A stretch of 44,160 bases of DNA from a virus. The position numbers were made by a program, and so were the translations under genes. The notes beneath the pieces were generated by a model, which was not told the DNA's origin, ran no database searches, and was given only the letters and a program-made list of their open reading frames with translations. Location: the IMG/VR virus record IMGVR_UViG_3300021256_000026, positions 1 through 44,160 of that record. One strand, written 5' to 3'. How positions within the stretch are numbered: position 1 is the first letter of the stretch; every line of letters begins with the position of its first letter. Shown here piece after piece: positions 8,792 through 17,142 of this stretch.

Positions 8792-9408
8792 GTCAAATCA
8801 CCTTCAGGAACAGATGATACGCGTCGTCACGACGCTGGAAAGTTTAGAAATGTGTACTAAAAATAAAGATATATGAGAAGTGACACTGTTCCGGTGGTGG
8901 TGAGAGTGCGCGGAGTCGGACCGCGCTTCGTGGTAGAAATGGTTGCGGTCTTATCTTGTAAGGTCGCAATCATCATCCCTCCCCTATCCGTGATGGAGGG
9001 CATCACTCTCGTAAAGAGCCCCCAAATGAGAGATTGGGGGTGGGGTCTTTCCCTCCTGTCAAAATACCGTCAACCACCGTCTTAGGGCGATTGGTACAAC
9101 ATTGTGGAATTAACAGCATTAGCAATCTTCAGAACGTTCACCTGGTCTCCGAATCAGTCTTAGGTACAGTGCTTTCGCCCGGCGGGATTCGCACCCGCGA
9201 GACCGCCTTTTCGGTCTCATTTTGATCCGTTGTTCAAAATTTTGTTAACTCTCTCATGGCATTTCTGCCGCTGTTTCTCTGCCGCTGCAGATAGTGGAAC
9301 TGGGTGGAATCGAACCACCGCTCACCTAGGCGTTTTAATCCGCTGCAGGTTGCCCATTGCCTGCTTTCAGTCCCGGGTGCCGGTCTTTCCCGGCTGTCAT
9401 GGAAGGCC
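8792..9408 (-). ncRNA. Candidate large structured non-coding RNA region (family unknown; strand tentative)
   Basis: No credible ORF on either strand although GC is coding-like. Nested helices: 8892-8898/9073-9079, 8902-8908/9004-9010 and 9085-9090/9175-9180. Hairpins: 8909-8925, 8941-8971, 8977-9000, 9019-9040, 9182-9198 and 9199-9218. The region ends at the terminator at 8754-8791. Confidence 0.4.
9295..9374 (-). ncRNA. tRNA-like element; not a canonical tRNA
   Basis: Minus sense has a perfect T-arm GGTGG-TTCGATT-CCACC. A 7-bp acceptor-like stem GGGACTG/CAGTTCC includes a G3:U70-type wobble. A D-like hairpin is GCAGG...CCTGC. No 5-bp anticodon stem can be drawn. Confidence 0.4.
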
Positions 9409-9690
9409 TCAAGCCTCTGTCCGTTCCATTGAGAAGGCCGTGGTAGATTGTTTTGCCTTGACGCGGGAAATCTCGACAAATATCACGTTGCACTTATCCT
9501 TACGGGTGTATGGCGTGCACGCGAGGTTGTGCTTATGGCACTGGATTTGTTTTAGCCCGTGTCTGGCGAGGTTATTTCGAGTGAAGAAACACCCATTGCA
9601 CAACGGCAGATTGCCAATTTGCTGTTGCACTTGCAATGTGTGGCCACTGTATGTGGTTGTTCTTGTTAGTTTGATATATTTCTTTTTCAT
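9409..9690 (-). CDS. Possible small Cys/His-rich protein (93 aa)
   Basis: The ATG lies 2 nt after the primase-helicase stop. It contains CNGC...CHKHNLAC. Its 3' part overlaps predicted RNA helices, so coding status is uncertain. Confidence 0.35.
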   Translation of the reverse strand: MKKKYIKLTRTTTYSGHTLQVQQQIGNLPLCNGCFFTRNNLARHGLKQIQCHKHNLACTPYTRKDKCNVIFVEISRVKAKQSTTAFSMERTEA

Positions 9691-9692
9691 GC

Positions 9693-12600
9693 TCAGAATG
9701 CTTTGTCACTGTTGATATAAGGGTCTTTCTCGCCTGCCACCGCCAGACCTGACAACTTAGCCTGGTCCTCATCGTTTTGGCGTATTAGTTTCTCCAGAGC
9801 CTCGCGGTTAGTCCTTATATAAATATATTCCGTCGGCTCTCCTGGTCCTCCCATGGGAGTCTCCTTGCGCCTGAGGATATGTCCCGGCTTCGATGTCGCG
9901 CACAGTTCCTTTGGATTGAACTCATCGGTGTAAGAGCACCACGACACGAAGGCCTTCATCTTGCGGTAGAACATATTCGTTGTGATGTCCTTCATGTTGT
10001 ACTTCGTTCTGAAGTCATTGATTGCCACATCACGCTCCACGAGTACATCGAGGCGCTTGCTGTCCACCGAGAAGTATTCTGTAGCCCATTCCGTGAACTT
10101 ATCGGCCATCGTCATGCGCGATGAGCGCAGCATGATGTTATCCATGGGCGGCTGTATCTTCACCCCAGAGGGTGCCAGGGAGATGTAGAACTTGACGCAC
10201 TGCATTAGCAGATTAAAATCAGCGTTCCACTCTTCCTCGCTGTAGTCACCACCCATCAAGTCCTTGTCGAAGTCGTCGCGTATGGTGCGAGTCTCGTGAT
10301 ACTCGTCAGACCCTTGCGTAGCGGTATGATAGTAGTCGCTGTTCACCATGTAGAGCATACGGCGGTCTGAAGAGCCGTCGAATATCTTAGGAACGTAGTT
10401 GGTGGTGAACGCGAACTTCGGCGACTGTTCGAAGGGTATGAAGAACTGGTTCAGGTTCTTGGGGTTGACGGTGAGTCCACCTGTGATGTTCGAGTAAAAC
10501 GTCTCGAACGGGAAATCTCTGAAGAGGTCATCGACGAGCACCATGCGGGTGTACCTGGTTACGCTTGCGAACTTGAAGTTGTTGTCCGCCACGTTTTTCT
10601 GCTTGCCGTCGAGTTTCGTCGAGTTGATGATTTTCGGCAGCACCTGCTCGAAGAGGAACGACTTACCGGTACCACCGTTAGCCTCGCCCATCTCGTCGAG
10701 TTTCCAGTCCATGGCAAACGCAGCGTATGAGCGAGACTGCTGCTTGTATCCCCAGCCGAAGTAACCTATGATGAACAGTTTGTTGGCGAGGCACCTCATC
10801 TGCTTGGCGTTCTCCTCCTCGGAGAGAGCCGGAGAAGTTATCTGGAACTTATGCTCACGTCGATAGGTGCGCCTTAGGTTGTCCGCATCAGGAGCATCCT
10901 CAAACGGTGCCTCCATCTCCTTGCGCCAGAACAGGCGCGAACTATTGATAAGGAACCCGAGTATGTTGGAACGGTGCTTCTCCTCCGGAAACGACACCTC
11001 CCAGTCCTCAGTGTTGTCATCGTTGCACTTTTTCTTGACCTCAAACATCGGGGAGAGGGGTTTGAAGTCATGCTGGATAATCTGGTCTTCCCAAACGTAA
11101 AACTTCAGTTTGGCAGCATCCTGCTTCCTGATGAATTCGATGCCAGAGGCAGACACCTTGACTGTTCCGTTCCGGAATGGGAAGAACTGAGCGCGGTTGG
11201 TGTAGTTGGTGAAGTCCAGTTCCACCGTGTCCACCTTCTCGAGTGCAGAAGGAGAACACTTAGGCGAGTCGATGATTAGATTCTGCACCGCCACCGGCTG
11301 CACCTCAGAGCGTTTGTCCTTATAACCAGGAATACACTCTTTGCCTTGTGACCAACGGATAAGGAACTCCGTCATGTCCGCAGGCGTCACCCGTTGCACC
11401 ACGTTGCCGTCGATGCGGATAAATATCGTCTCTCCACTCTCGCGGTCGCGCAATTTATGATATCCGTTGAGACGCATGAAGTACAGTAGTGACACGGAAT
11501 TGACCTCGTATTTCTCCTTGCCGTTCTTCAGTGTCGTCTTGGTCCAGAACGTTGCCGGCAATGCCTGGTCGAGAAGTCTGTTGAAAGTAGTCTGACAGTC
11601 CTCCACCACTTCGGTGAAGTCCTTGAAATCCTTTCGGTAGTGATGGCGGTTGTCGTGGTACTTCTGGAAGTAGTCCGGCAGCCACACCGTACGGATGTCG
11701 AGATGTCGCAGCGCGTGGTATGTGCCACGTTGCAGTCCTGTCTCGTCCTTATCAGGGATATTGTATATGACATCGGCGCACTGCAGTATCTGCTTCTCCT
11801 GCCATGCTTCCAGTTCGTCAGTCTCGGAGTTGAGCCAAATGGGGAAACCGCCGAGAGCCTTGACGGCAGCGCAGTCACGTTCTCCGCTTGCCATGACAGC
11901 AGCCTTGAACTTCTTATACTCGAGAGTTTTCCCCTCATTGGTGGGGTCGCTGTCGAAGTCCTGCTCCTGCTGCCTCTTGAACTTGCCGTATGCCTCGCGC
12001 AGTTCGTAGAGACCATTGACGTAACTGCGTTCTCGCTTTCCGGCAACCATGAAGCGGTACGCCTTGTTGAACTCGAGCGGTTTATAAATCTTGTAGAACG
12101 ACGGTTTGTTGTCACCCGGCTTTCCGCACTTGCATTCGCGTGCGTAGATGGGGTAATCGTCGCATGAATATGCCTTTGTCACCATGCCACCCTTGGCAAC
12201 ACCACACCACACCACCGGGTGCCAGTTGAGCGACTCCATCACTTCCTGAGTGACGAGTTCTCCGAACACCTCGAGTTCTCGCTTGGTGAAGGTGTCGTCG
12301 TCGCGGAGTTCGTAGAGGACAGTGCCCTCGGGTGCCTCTGTAGGTACCTTCTCAATCTTCAGCGGTTTGTTGCGTTCGGGCTTGATGTCGTCGACATCAA
12401 GGTTCAGTTGCGTCACAATCCACGCCACAGCCTCCTTGAAGCCCTGAAGGTTGCACTCTTTGATAACCCAGTCGAAGCAGTTCCTGGGGATGCCGTCGTC
12501 ACCGAAGTCAGTAGCCACCCAGTGCTGTTCATCGCCCTGTCCTATCTGCTTCAGATGCGCCGAGCCGGTTCGCTCGTCCGGACGGATTTTGAAGTTCTTG

Positions 12601-12728
12601 TGATAGTCACCGTTGTCGATCAGGCGTTTGGCGTCGTCCCATAGGATGCGAAAAACGTCTAATCCACCGTTGGTGGCTCTATAGATGGTCTCTTTTTTTA
12701 TCATGATTATGCTCTTTTGCGTATGCAA
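9693..12728 (-). CDS. Primase (Toprim) fused to an SF3/D5-P4-type helicase
   Basis: 1011 aa. Toprim-like GERDCAAV ... IPDKDETG, Walker A GGTGKSF and Walker B-like MVLVDDL. Confidence 0.8.
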   Translation of the reverse strand: MHTQKSIIMIKKETIYRATNGGLDVFRILWDDAKRLIDNGDYHKNFKIRPDERTGSAHLKQIGQGDEQHWVATDFGDDGIPRNCFDWVIKECNLQGFKEAVAWIVTQLNLDVDDIKPERNKPLKIEKVPTEAPEGTVLYELRDDDTFTKRELEVFGELVTQEVMESLNWHPVVWCGVAKGGMVTKAYSCDDYPIYARECKCGKPGDNKPSFYKIYKPLEFNKAYRFMVAGKRERSYVNGLYELREAYGKFKRQQEQDFDSDPTNEGKTLEYKKFKAAVMASGERDCAAVKALGGFPIWLNSETDELEAWQEKQILQCADVIYNIPDKDETGLQRGTYHALRHLDIRTVWLPDYFQKYHDNRHHYRKDFKDFTEVVEDCQTTFNRLLDQALPATFWTKTTLKNGKEKYEVNSVSLLYFMRLNGYHKLRDRESGETIFIRIDGNVVQRVTPADMTEFLIRWSQGKECIPGYKDKRSEVQPVAVQNLIIDSPKCSPSALEKVDTVELDFTNYTNRAQFFPFRNGTVKVSASGIEFIRKQDAAKLKFYVWEDQIIQHDFKPLSPMFEVKKKCNDDNTEDWEVSFPEEKHRSNILGFLINSSRLFWRKEMEAPFEDAPDADNLRRTYRREHKFQITSPALSEEENAKQMRCLANKLFIIGYFGWGYKQQSRSYAAFAMDWKLDEMGEANGGTGKSFLFEQVLPKIINSTKLDGKQKNVADNNFKFASVTRYTRMVLVDDLFRDFPFETFYSNITGGLTVNPKNLNQFFIPFEQSPKFAFTTNYVPKIFDGSSDRRMLYMVNSDYYHTATQGSDEYHETRTIRDDFDKDLMGGDYSEEEWNADFNLLMQCVKFYISLAPSGVKIQPPMDNIMLRSSRMTMADKFTEWATEYFSVDSKRLDVLVERDVAINDFRTKYNMKDITTNMFYRKMKAFVSWCSYTDEFNPKELCATSKPGHILRRKETPMGGPGEPTEYIYIRTNREALEKLIRQNDEDQAKLSGLAVAGEKDPYINSDKAF

Positions 12729-12730
12729 AA

Positions 12731-13327
12731 TTAGTGGTGTCTCTCGCTTGCGCGTCGGACAATTTCACCGAAGCCAGCGAAGGCCTTTCCCAACTCGGAA
12801 ACACTCATAGACGCTGCCCTTGCCGCCTTATTTGCGCGCTCAATAAATTCCTTTCCTTCAAGGTATGTCTTCAGTGCTCTGCGATATTCCCACTTTCTTG
12901 CGTCCTTAGGCTCTTGCATGATTACCAAACTATGAACAAGTTTTGTGGGTATTTCACGGGTCATACCAAGAATAATTTGATCACGGGTCAGAATGTAATA
13001 ACCAATTGCGTCGTAAACGTAATACTCTCCCTCATGGTATGCGGGTTCGGCTTTAACAATAAACTCCTCTGCAAAAGGAAACCCTCCTCGTGCAGTGAGC
13101 GGGTCAAAAAGTCTCACCCGCAAAAGTATCCTTCGGTTTTTTGCATCTCGCCAAACAAATGCCGCCAGTACTGCGGTGGCCACTGCAGCCAGTGCCACGA
13201 GGATTGTAAAATAATCTACCCCGCTCAAAAGGCTTGCAATGTATGTGGCGGCGTACCATGCGCCCCATGTAATAAGGAACAGGGCGACGATTATTATTGC
13301 TGTTACAAGTGGTTTGATATTATCCAT
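12731..13327 (-). CDS. Membrane protein (two N-terminal TM helices), function unknown
   Basis: 198 aa. Hydrophobic stretches VTAIIIVALFLITWGAWYAA and ILVALAAVATAVLAAFV. Confidence 0.65.
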   Translation of the reverse strand: MDNIKPLVTAIIIVALFLITWGAWYAATYIASLLSGVDYFTILVALAAVATAVLAAFVWRDAKNRRILLRVRLFDPLTARGGFPFAEEFIVKAEPAYHEGEYYVYDAIGYYILTRDQIILGMTREIPTKLVHSLVIMQEPKDARKWEYRRALKTYLEGKEFIERANKAARAASMSVSELGKAFAGFGEIVRRASERHH

Positions 13328-13328
13328 A

Positions 13329-13502
13329 TTAATTATGTTTATTTCTTTTTATGCTTTTTGGGCAAAATGTCACTGCACTAATTGGTGCAGCACCATCATA
13401 ACGTGGATGGGCACAGCCCAAGTCATCAGTGCCACATTCCTTCATGGTGAGATGAGCAGGGCGGCACACATGTTCGCACCTATAGCAATTTATCTTCTTC
13501 AT
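13329..13502 (-). CDS. Small Cys-rich protein (57 aa, below the ORF-track cutoff)
   Basis: Hand translation: MKKINCYRCEHVCRPAHLTMKECGTDDLGCAHPRYDGAAPISAVTFCPKSIKRNKHN. It fills the gap between neighbouring genes exactly (1-nt spacers on both sides). Confidence 0.45.
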   Translation of the reverse strand: MKKINCYRCEHVCRPAHLTMKECGTDDLGCAHPRYDGAAPISAVTFCPKSIKRNKHN

Positions 13503-13503
13503 A

Positions 13504-13878
13504 TTAATTGATTAATTTAATCCCATATCTCTCCATGAACATTTTTCGTGCCCATTCTGGTGCCTTGTTCTGGAATACGGCACCGCTCTCGTTAGGGCCG
13601 TTGTCGTGCTCGTCGCGGTATTGCTCCAGTTCGCTGACATACTGCTTGATGAGCATCACCAAGTCAGCGTCGGGCGATTCGCCGCCAAACATATGGTACA
13701 TCTTTTCGATGTGGTAGATGTCCTGAAGAAACTTGTCGTTATAAACAAGAGCCTCGTTGTTGCCGTGAACGTAGGTAACGGCAAGGATTCGGGCTGCCAG
13801 GTCGCGCCCGAGGGCTGGTGTGCCGATGGCGGCAAAGGCTCCCAGCCAGTCACGATATAGTTCTGATGCGTGTTCCAT
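13504..13878 (-). CDS. Hypothetical protein (124 aa)
   Basis: ORF on the operon strand with a 1-nt gap to the serine recombinase gene. Confidence 0.65.
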   Translation of the reverse strand: MEHASELYRDWLGAFAAIGTPALGRDLAARILAVTYVHGNNEALVYNDKFLQDIYHIEKMYHMFGGESPDADLVMLIKQYVSELEQYRDEHDNGPNESGAVFQNKAPEWARKMFMERYGIKLIN

Positions 13879-13879
13879 A

Positions 13880-14758
13880 TTAGTGATGTCCTTTCTTTAC
13901 TTTCAGATGTCCGTGCTTACGATAGAGAGCATTGAGGTCTGCATCACAGAGAATGGTGTCGTACAATTGCTCGTAGGTGTATTCCTTCATCGTTTCCCAT
14001 ATCTGGGGAACGGTCAAGTCGCATTCTATCTTCTTTTGCAACTCATACCGCTGCTCATCGGTGAGGTCTATCACCTGGTAGTCGCCGTCCTTGTATTGGT
14101 TTTGCCGTTCCTGTTCGCGCTGCTTCTCTTGTCGTTCTATCATGGCAGAATACTTGATGCCCCACCGATGCAGCCAGCGTGCAAGCGTGTTGCGGTCGAT
14201 GTTGAAGTTAGCGGCAAGCCTACGTTCAGGCACTCCCCAATTATATTGCTCAATGATTTTCTCTTTCTGTTCGGGTGTGAAGGCGACGCTTTCGGTTGAC
14301 TTGATGCCTGGAGGTCTGCCAAGCATCACACCGAGTTTCATTCTCAGTCGCAAACCTTCCTTCGTTCTTTGCCGTATCATCTGACGCTCGATTTCAGCAG
14401 CCAGTCCGAAGGCGAAAGCAAGCACCTTCGACTGTATGTTGTCGTCGAGAGCGAAGTTGTCTTTGACGGTGTAAATCTTGCACCCCGTCTTCATGCAGAA
14501 GTGCAGAATATCCATCACCATGTAGAGGTCACGTCCCAGTCGGCTAATCTCAGCCGCTATCACGATGTCGTCTTTTTTCAGTTTCTTCAGCAGCGGGCCG
14601 AGGTTACGCTTGTCGGGGTCTTTGCCGCCACTCACCCCCTCGTCGGTGATGTATTCGTCAATCTTCCATTCACGGGCTTCGGCAAACTTCACCACGCCCT
14701 GTTTCTGTGAGTTCACGTCCTGCTCGTCGGACGATACCCGTAAATAACCGTAAATCAT
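13880..14758 (-). CDS. Small serine recombinase (resolvase/invertase family) with a ~90-aa C-terminal extension
   Basis: N-terminal YLRVSSDEQ catalytic motif and ISRLGRD. HTH-like segment RRLAANFNIDRNTLARWL. An extra charged tail follows the HTH. Confidence 0.8.
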   Translation of the reverse strand: MIYGYLRVSSDEQDVNSQKQGVVKFAEAREWKIDEYITDEGVSGGKDPDKRNLGPLLKKLKKDDIVIAAEISRLGRDLYMVMDILHFCMKTGCKIYTVKDNFALDDNIQSKVLAFAFGLAAEIERQMIRQRTKEGLRLRMKLGVMLGRPPGIKSTESVAFTPEQKEKIIEQYNWGVPERRLAANFNIDRNTLARWLHRWGIKYSAMIERQEKQREQERQNQYKDGDYQVIDLTDEQRYELQKKIECDLTVPQIWETMKEYTYEQLYDTILCDADLNALYRKHGHLKVKKGHH

Positions 14759-15204
14759 AGTTTGTAAAATGTTGTAATCTTAGTTGTCCAGGAGTTATCT
14801 GTATCAAAGTGGTAGAAACGGATACCTTGGGACCTGTGGTCGGTGTTCCTGCCACCTTTGGAGTTCTCACGACAGCAGTAATTGATATACTTACTACGTA
14901 TCAACGGGTGGCTAGGTCTGAGAGCCTTTTCCGCGGCAACCGCAGAAGAGAACACGACCCATCTTCCTTCATCATTGATGGCAATCACTCTCTTTTGTCT
15001 CAGGGCACCAAAGTCAGGTCTTCCTTTCGGGCGGTACAGGTCGAGATTTTTCCAGCCTTTGGCACATCTCTTCTGTTTCCGTTTGCTTAGGAACTCGTCC
15101 CACTTCTTCCCCTTGTTAGCAGGGACGTTTCCCTTCATGAAACGGCCCGTCTTGCGGTTTCTGCCGGTATATTCCTGCTGAATGTTAAGTTCTCCGTATG
15201 GCAT
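14755..15204 (-). CDS. Basic protein with a NUMOD/IENR-like DNA-binding pattern (homing-endonuclease-associated type)
   Basis: 149 aa. The pattern VIAINDEGRWVVFSSAVAAEKAL...INYCC resembles the DNA-binding modules of homing endonucleases. No nuclease motif seen. Confidence 0.35.
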   Translation of the reverse strand: MPYGELNIQQEYTGRNRKTGRFMKGNVPANKGKKWDEFLSKRKQKRCAKGWKNLDLYRPKGRPDFGALRQKRVIAINDEGRWVVFSSAVAAEKALRPSHPLIRSKYINYCCRENSKGGRNTDHRSQGIRFYHFDTDNSWTTKITTFYKL

Positions 15205-15227
15205 AATGAAAGGTGTTTAGGTTTATA

Positions 15228-15557
15228 TCACAGCGCTCCTTGTCTAGTCATCTCCACAAACAGGCTATCCATTGCCGGAGAATGCCAGTTGCTCTCCTGG
15301 TATAGCGGTCCGTCTAGCCAGCACGGCCACCCTGGAAGTGTTAAGTCCTCGATGTCCTTAACGTGGGTTCTCACCCATTTTACCCACTCCAGTGTGGGTT
15401 TCTTGCAGCCTACGGTCCACATGGAACCTAGTATTCTGCTACTGTGGAAAGGCGCGACGGTCACCCCTACATGGAGCCCGAGTAACCTATTCAGCACTTG
15501 TTTGTCCGTCATTCCTGAGGCCAACAATTTCCTCATGGTTATTTTCTGCTTTTTCAT
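15228..15557 (-). CDS. Hypothetical protein (109 aa)
   Basis: ORF on the early-operon strand. Confidence 0.6.
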   Translation of the reverse strand: MKKQKITMRKLLASGMTDKQVLNRLLGLHVGVTVAPFHSSRILGSMWTVGCKKPTLEWVKWVRTHVKDIEDLTLPGWPCWLDGPLYQESNWHSPAMDSLFVEMTRQGAL

Positions 15558-15560
15558 GCT

Positions 15561-15779
15561 TCACTTTTTTATGTTCTCCCTGACCATCCATCCCATGCGG
15601 AATCCTTCAAGCATGCCCCACTCTGCTGCCTGCTTCACCATTTTCTGCATGTAGTCGCTGATGGTGTCGTGACTATATAGTGCGTTGCGCACTGGTCGGT
15701 TCATCAGTTCCTCTACTTTCCGTCTGATGTCTTGTTTCACCCCTTCGTCTGCCAAGGGGTTGGGTATTGTTTCTATCAT
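15561..15779 (-). CDS. Hypothetical protein (72 aa)
   Basis: ORF on the early-operon strand; ATGA overlap with the upstream gene. Confidence 0.55.
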   Translation of the reverse strand: MIETIPNPLADEGVKQDIRRKVEELMNRPVRNALYSHDTISDYMQKMVKQAAEWGMLEGFRMGWMVRENIKK

Positions 15780-16000
15780 GAGAATCGAATTTGCGGGTTC
15801 AGTTCTTTTATAAAGCCTTTCTCGTCATAGACAAGGAATTTTCTTGCCAAAGGCGAGGAAGGGAGATAGATGTTAAGGACGACACAACATTCGCGGTCTA
15901 TCGCCATCTTACGTGCCTTGTTGAAGGCATCAACGAGTGGCATTTCAGATGTCGGCGACACCTTTCCCTTGGCCGTAAAGAATACTTTTACTTTGTTCAT
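15776..16000 (-). CDS. Hypothetical protein (74 aa)
   Basis: The start was moved to ATG 16000 (MNKVKVFF), which forms an ATGA overlap with the upstream stop. Confidence 0.55.
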   Translation of the reverse strand: MNKVKVFFTAKGKVSPTSEMPLVDAFNKARKMAIDRECCVVLNIYLPSSPLARKFLVYDEKGFIKELNPQIRFS

Positions 16001-16278
16001 AGTAGTTGATATCTTATATGTTCCGGACAATACGTCAGTCCGTTCACGCTCAACGAGAGGTGTTTCTCGTCGATGTTGTAATTGTTAATCTCGAGAGGCA
16101 CCTGCTCTTCATCGAGGAAGGGCATTGTGAAAGTTTCGATATTTCCATGCATATCGGCATAGGCAATAGACTCATTGCCATGTCGCGCGAGGGCAATCCT
16201 CACTTCATTCTTAGCCAGGCAGACGTGTAGGAGTTGTACGCCTGAAGGCAGTCTTGTTTCAAGTTCTCCTGTCTTCAT
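15997..16278 (-). CDS. Hypothetical protein (93 aa)
   Basis: ORF on the early-operon strand. Confidence 0.55.
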   Translation of the reverse strand: MKTGELETRLPSGVQLLHVCLAKNEVRIALARHGNESIAYADMHGNIETFTMPFLDEEQVPLEINNYNIDEKHLSLSVNGLTYCPEHIRYQLL

Positions 16279-16282
16279 GGCA

Positions 16283-16543
16283 TCATTTTGAATGTTTCAA
16301 AATCACTACTCTAGGACTCTTGCCTTTTAATGGTCCTTCATAGACCAACTTGGCTCCGACTTTGTACATATAGGTTATGTAAGGTCCTTTTGGCTCAACT
16401 TGCTTCATGATGTAGGCATTGCGGCAACCGCTATCCTCCATCAATTCCTGGGCTGCTTTGAAAAGAAGTTCTCTGTTTGCAGACATCTTTGCTCCGTAGC
16501 AAGGAAATCCATCTTCGTTTACAACAATTATTAAACTGCTCAT
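16283..16543 (-). CDS. Hypothetical protein (86 aa)
   Basis: ORF on the early-operon strand. Confidence 0.6.
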   Translation of the reverse strand: MSSLIIVVNEDGFPCYGAKMSANRELLFKAAQELMEDSGCRNAYIMKQVEPKGPYITYMYKVGAKLVYEGPLKGKSPRVVILKHSK

Positions 16544-16544
16544 G

Positions 16545-16694
16545 TTAGTTTGAATTTAAAATATGTGAACTGCATTTATCAAAATTAGTAACCGGCACAC
16601 CGCGCAAGCGGCATAGGTAGTGGCCATCAACGCGCACCAGGTTGCGGAATACGCATGTAGCACATATTTTGTCGGTTATCGGTAAATTTTCCAT
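16545..16694 (-). CDS. Small Cys-rich protein (49 aa, below the ORF-track cutoff)
   Basis: Hand translation: MENLPITDKICATCVFRNLVRVDGHYLCRLRGVPVTNFDKCSSHILNSN. The stop is 1 nt from the next ATG. Confidence 0.4.
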   Translation of the reverse strand: MENLPITDKICATCVFRNLVRVDGHYLCRLRGVPVTNFDKCSSHILNSN

Positions 16695-16822
16695 TGTTCT
16701 TTGAAAGTGCCCCTACTTTCTTTCGATTTCGGGGCTGCGAGGCTTCCGACGTATAGTGTGGAGTGACGGGGCTTTATATAATGGGACTAATAACTAAAAC
16801 ACACGGTTGCTCCCCGCCACTC

Positions 16823-17023
16823 CTATGTTCTCAAATAAGTTTGACCTGTGATATCCTCGAGGAGTTGCATTTCCAGCGGCTGGAAACTCTTTTTCTTGAT
16901 TTTGTAAAACCAAGTCGGGTACCGCAGCCCCGAACGGCGAAGAAACTCCTCACGAACGTCCCGCTTTTTGCCAGGCTCCTGCGAGTTGTACCACTTCAGG
17001 AAGTTGTTGATTTTTTCGTCCAT
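16823..17023 (-). CDS. Cro-like / early regulator candidate (66 aa)
   Basis: First gene of the minus-strand early operon, divergent from the CI-like repressor. Basic. Preceded by a -7 box at 17061-17068. Confidence 0.5.
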   Translation of the reverse strand: MDEKINNFLKWYNSQEPGKKRDVREEFLRRSGLRYPTWFYKIKKKSFQPLEMQLLEDITGQTYLRT

Positions 17024-17060
17024 ATTTGTTTATTATAAAATTTATTCTTAATTTTAGACG

Positions 17061-17068
17061 CAAAATTA
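17061..17068 (-). promoter_or_regulatory. Early leftward promoter -7 box (TAATTTTG)
   Basis: Plus-strand caaaatta, 37 nt upstream of ATG 17023, in the divergent switch region. Confidence 0.55.
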
Positions 17069-17113
17069 CAACATTAATTGAAATATCCAATTATGATTGA
17101 TGAAAAAATACAC

Positions 17114-17121
17114 TATATTTG
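17114..17121 (+). promoter_or_regulatory. Repressor promoter -7 box (TATATTTG)
   Basis: Exact TAnnTTTG, 21 nt upstream of ATG 17143. Confidence 0.55.
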
Positions 17122-17142
17122 AATAATTTAACAATTACTACT

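Noticed and set aside
9295-9374. Canonical tRNA or tmRNA call for the T-arm/acceptor element
   Set aside because: No 5-bp anticodon stem exists in any register, and three nucleotides separate the acceptor and D stems. For a tmRNA the element is only 80 nt, with no tag reading frame or pseudoknots between the acceptor halves.
8873-9715. Plus-strand ORFs of 70, 63 and 161 aa (8873-9085, 9034-9225, 9230-9715), and minus-strand ORF 9234-9479, in the gap after the helicase gene
   Set aside because: Their translations are Cys/Arg/Gly-rich and of low plausibility. The plus-strand ones run against the flanking operon and lack promoter boxes. All are cut across by the hand-drawn RNA helices and the tRNA-like element.
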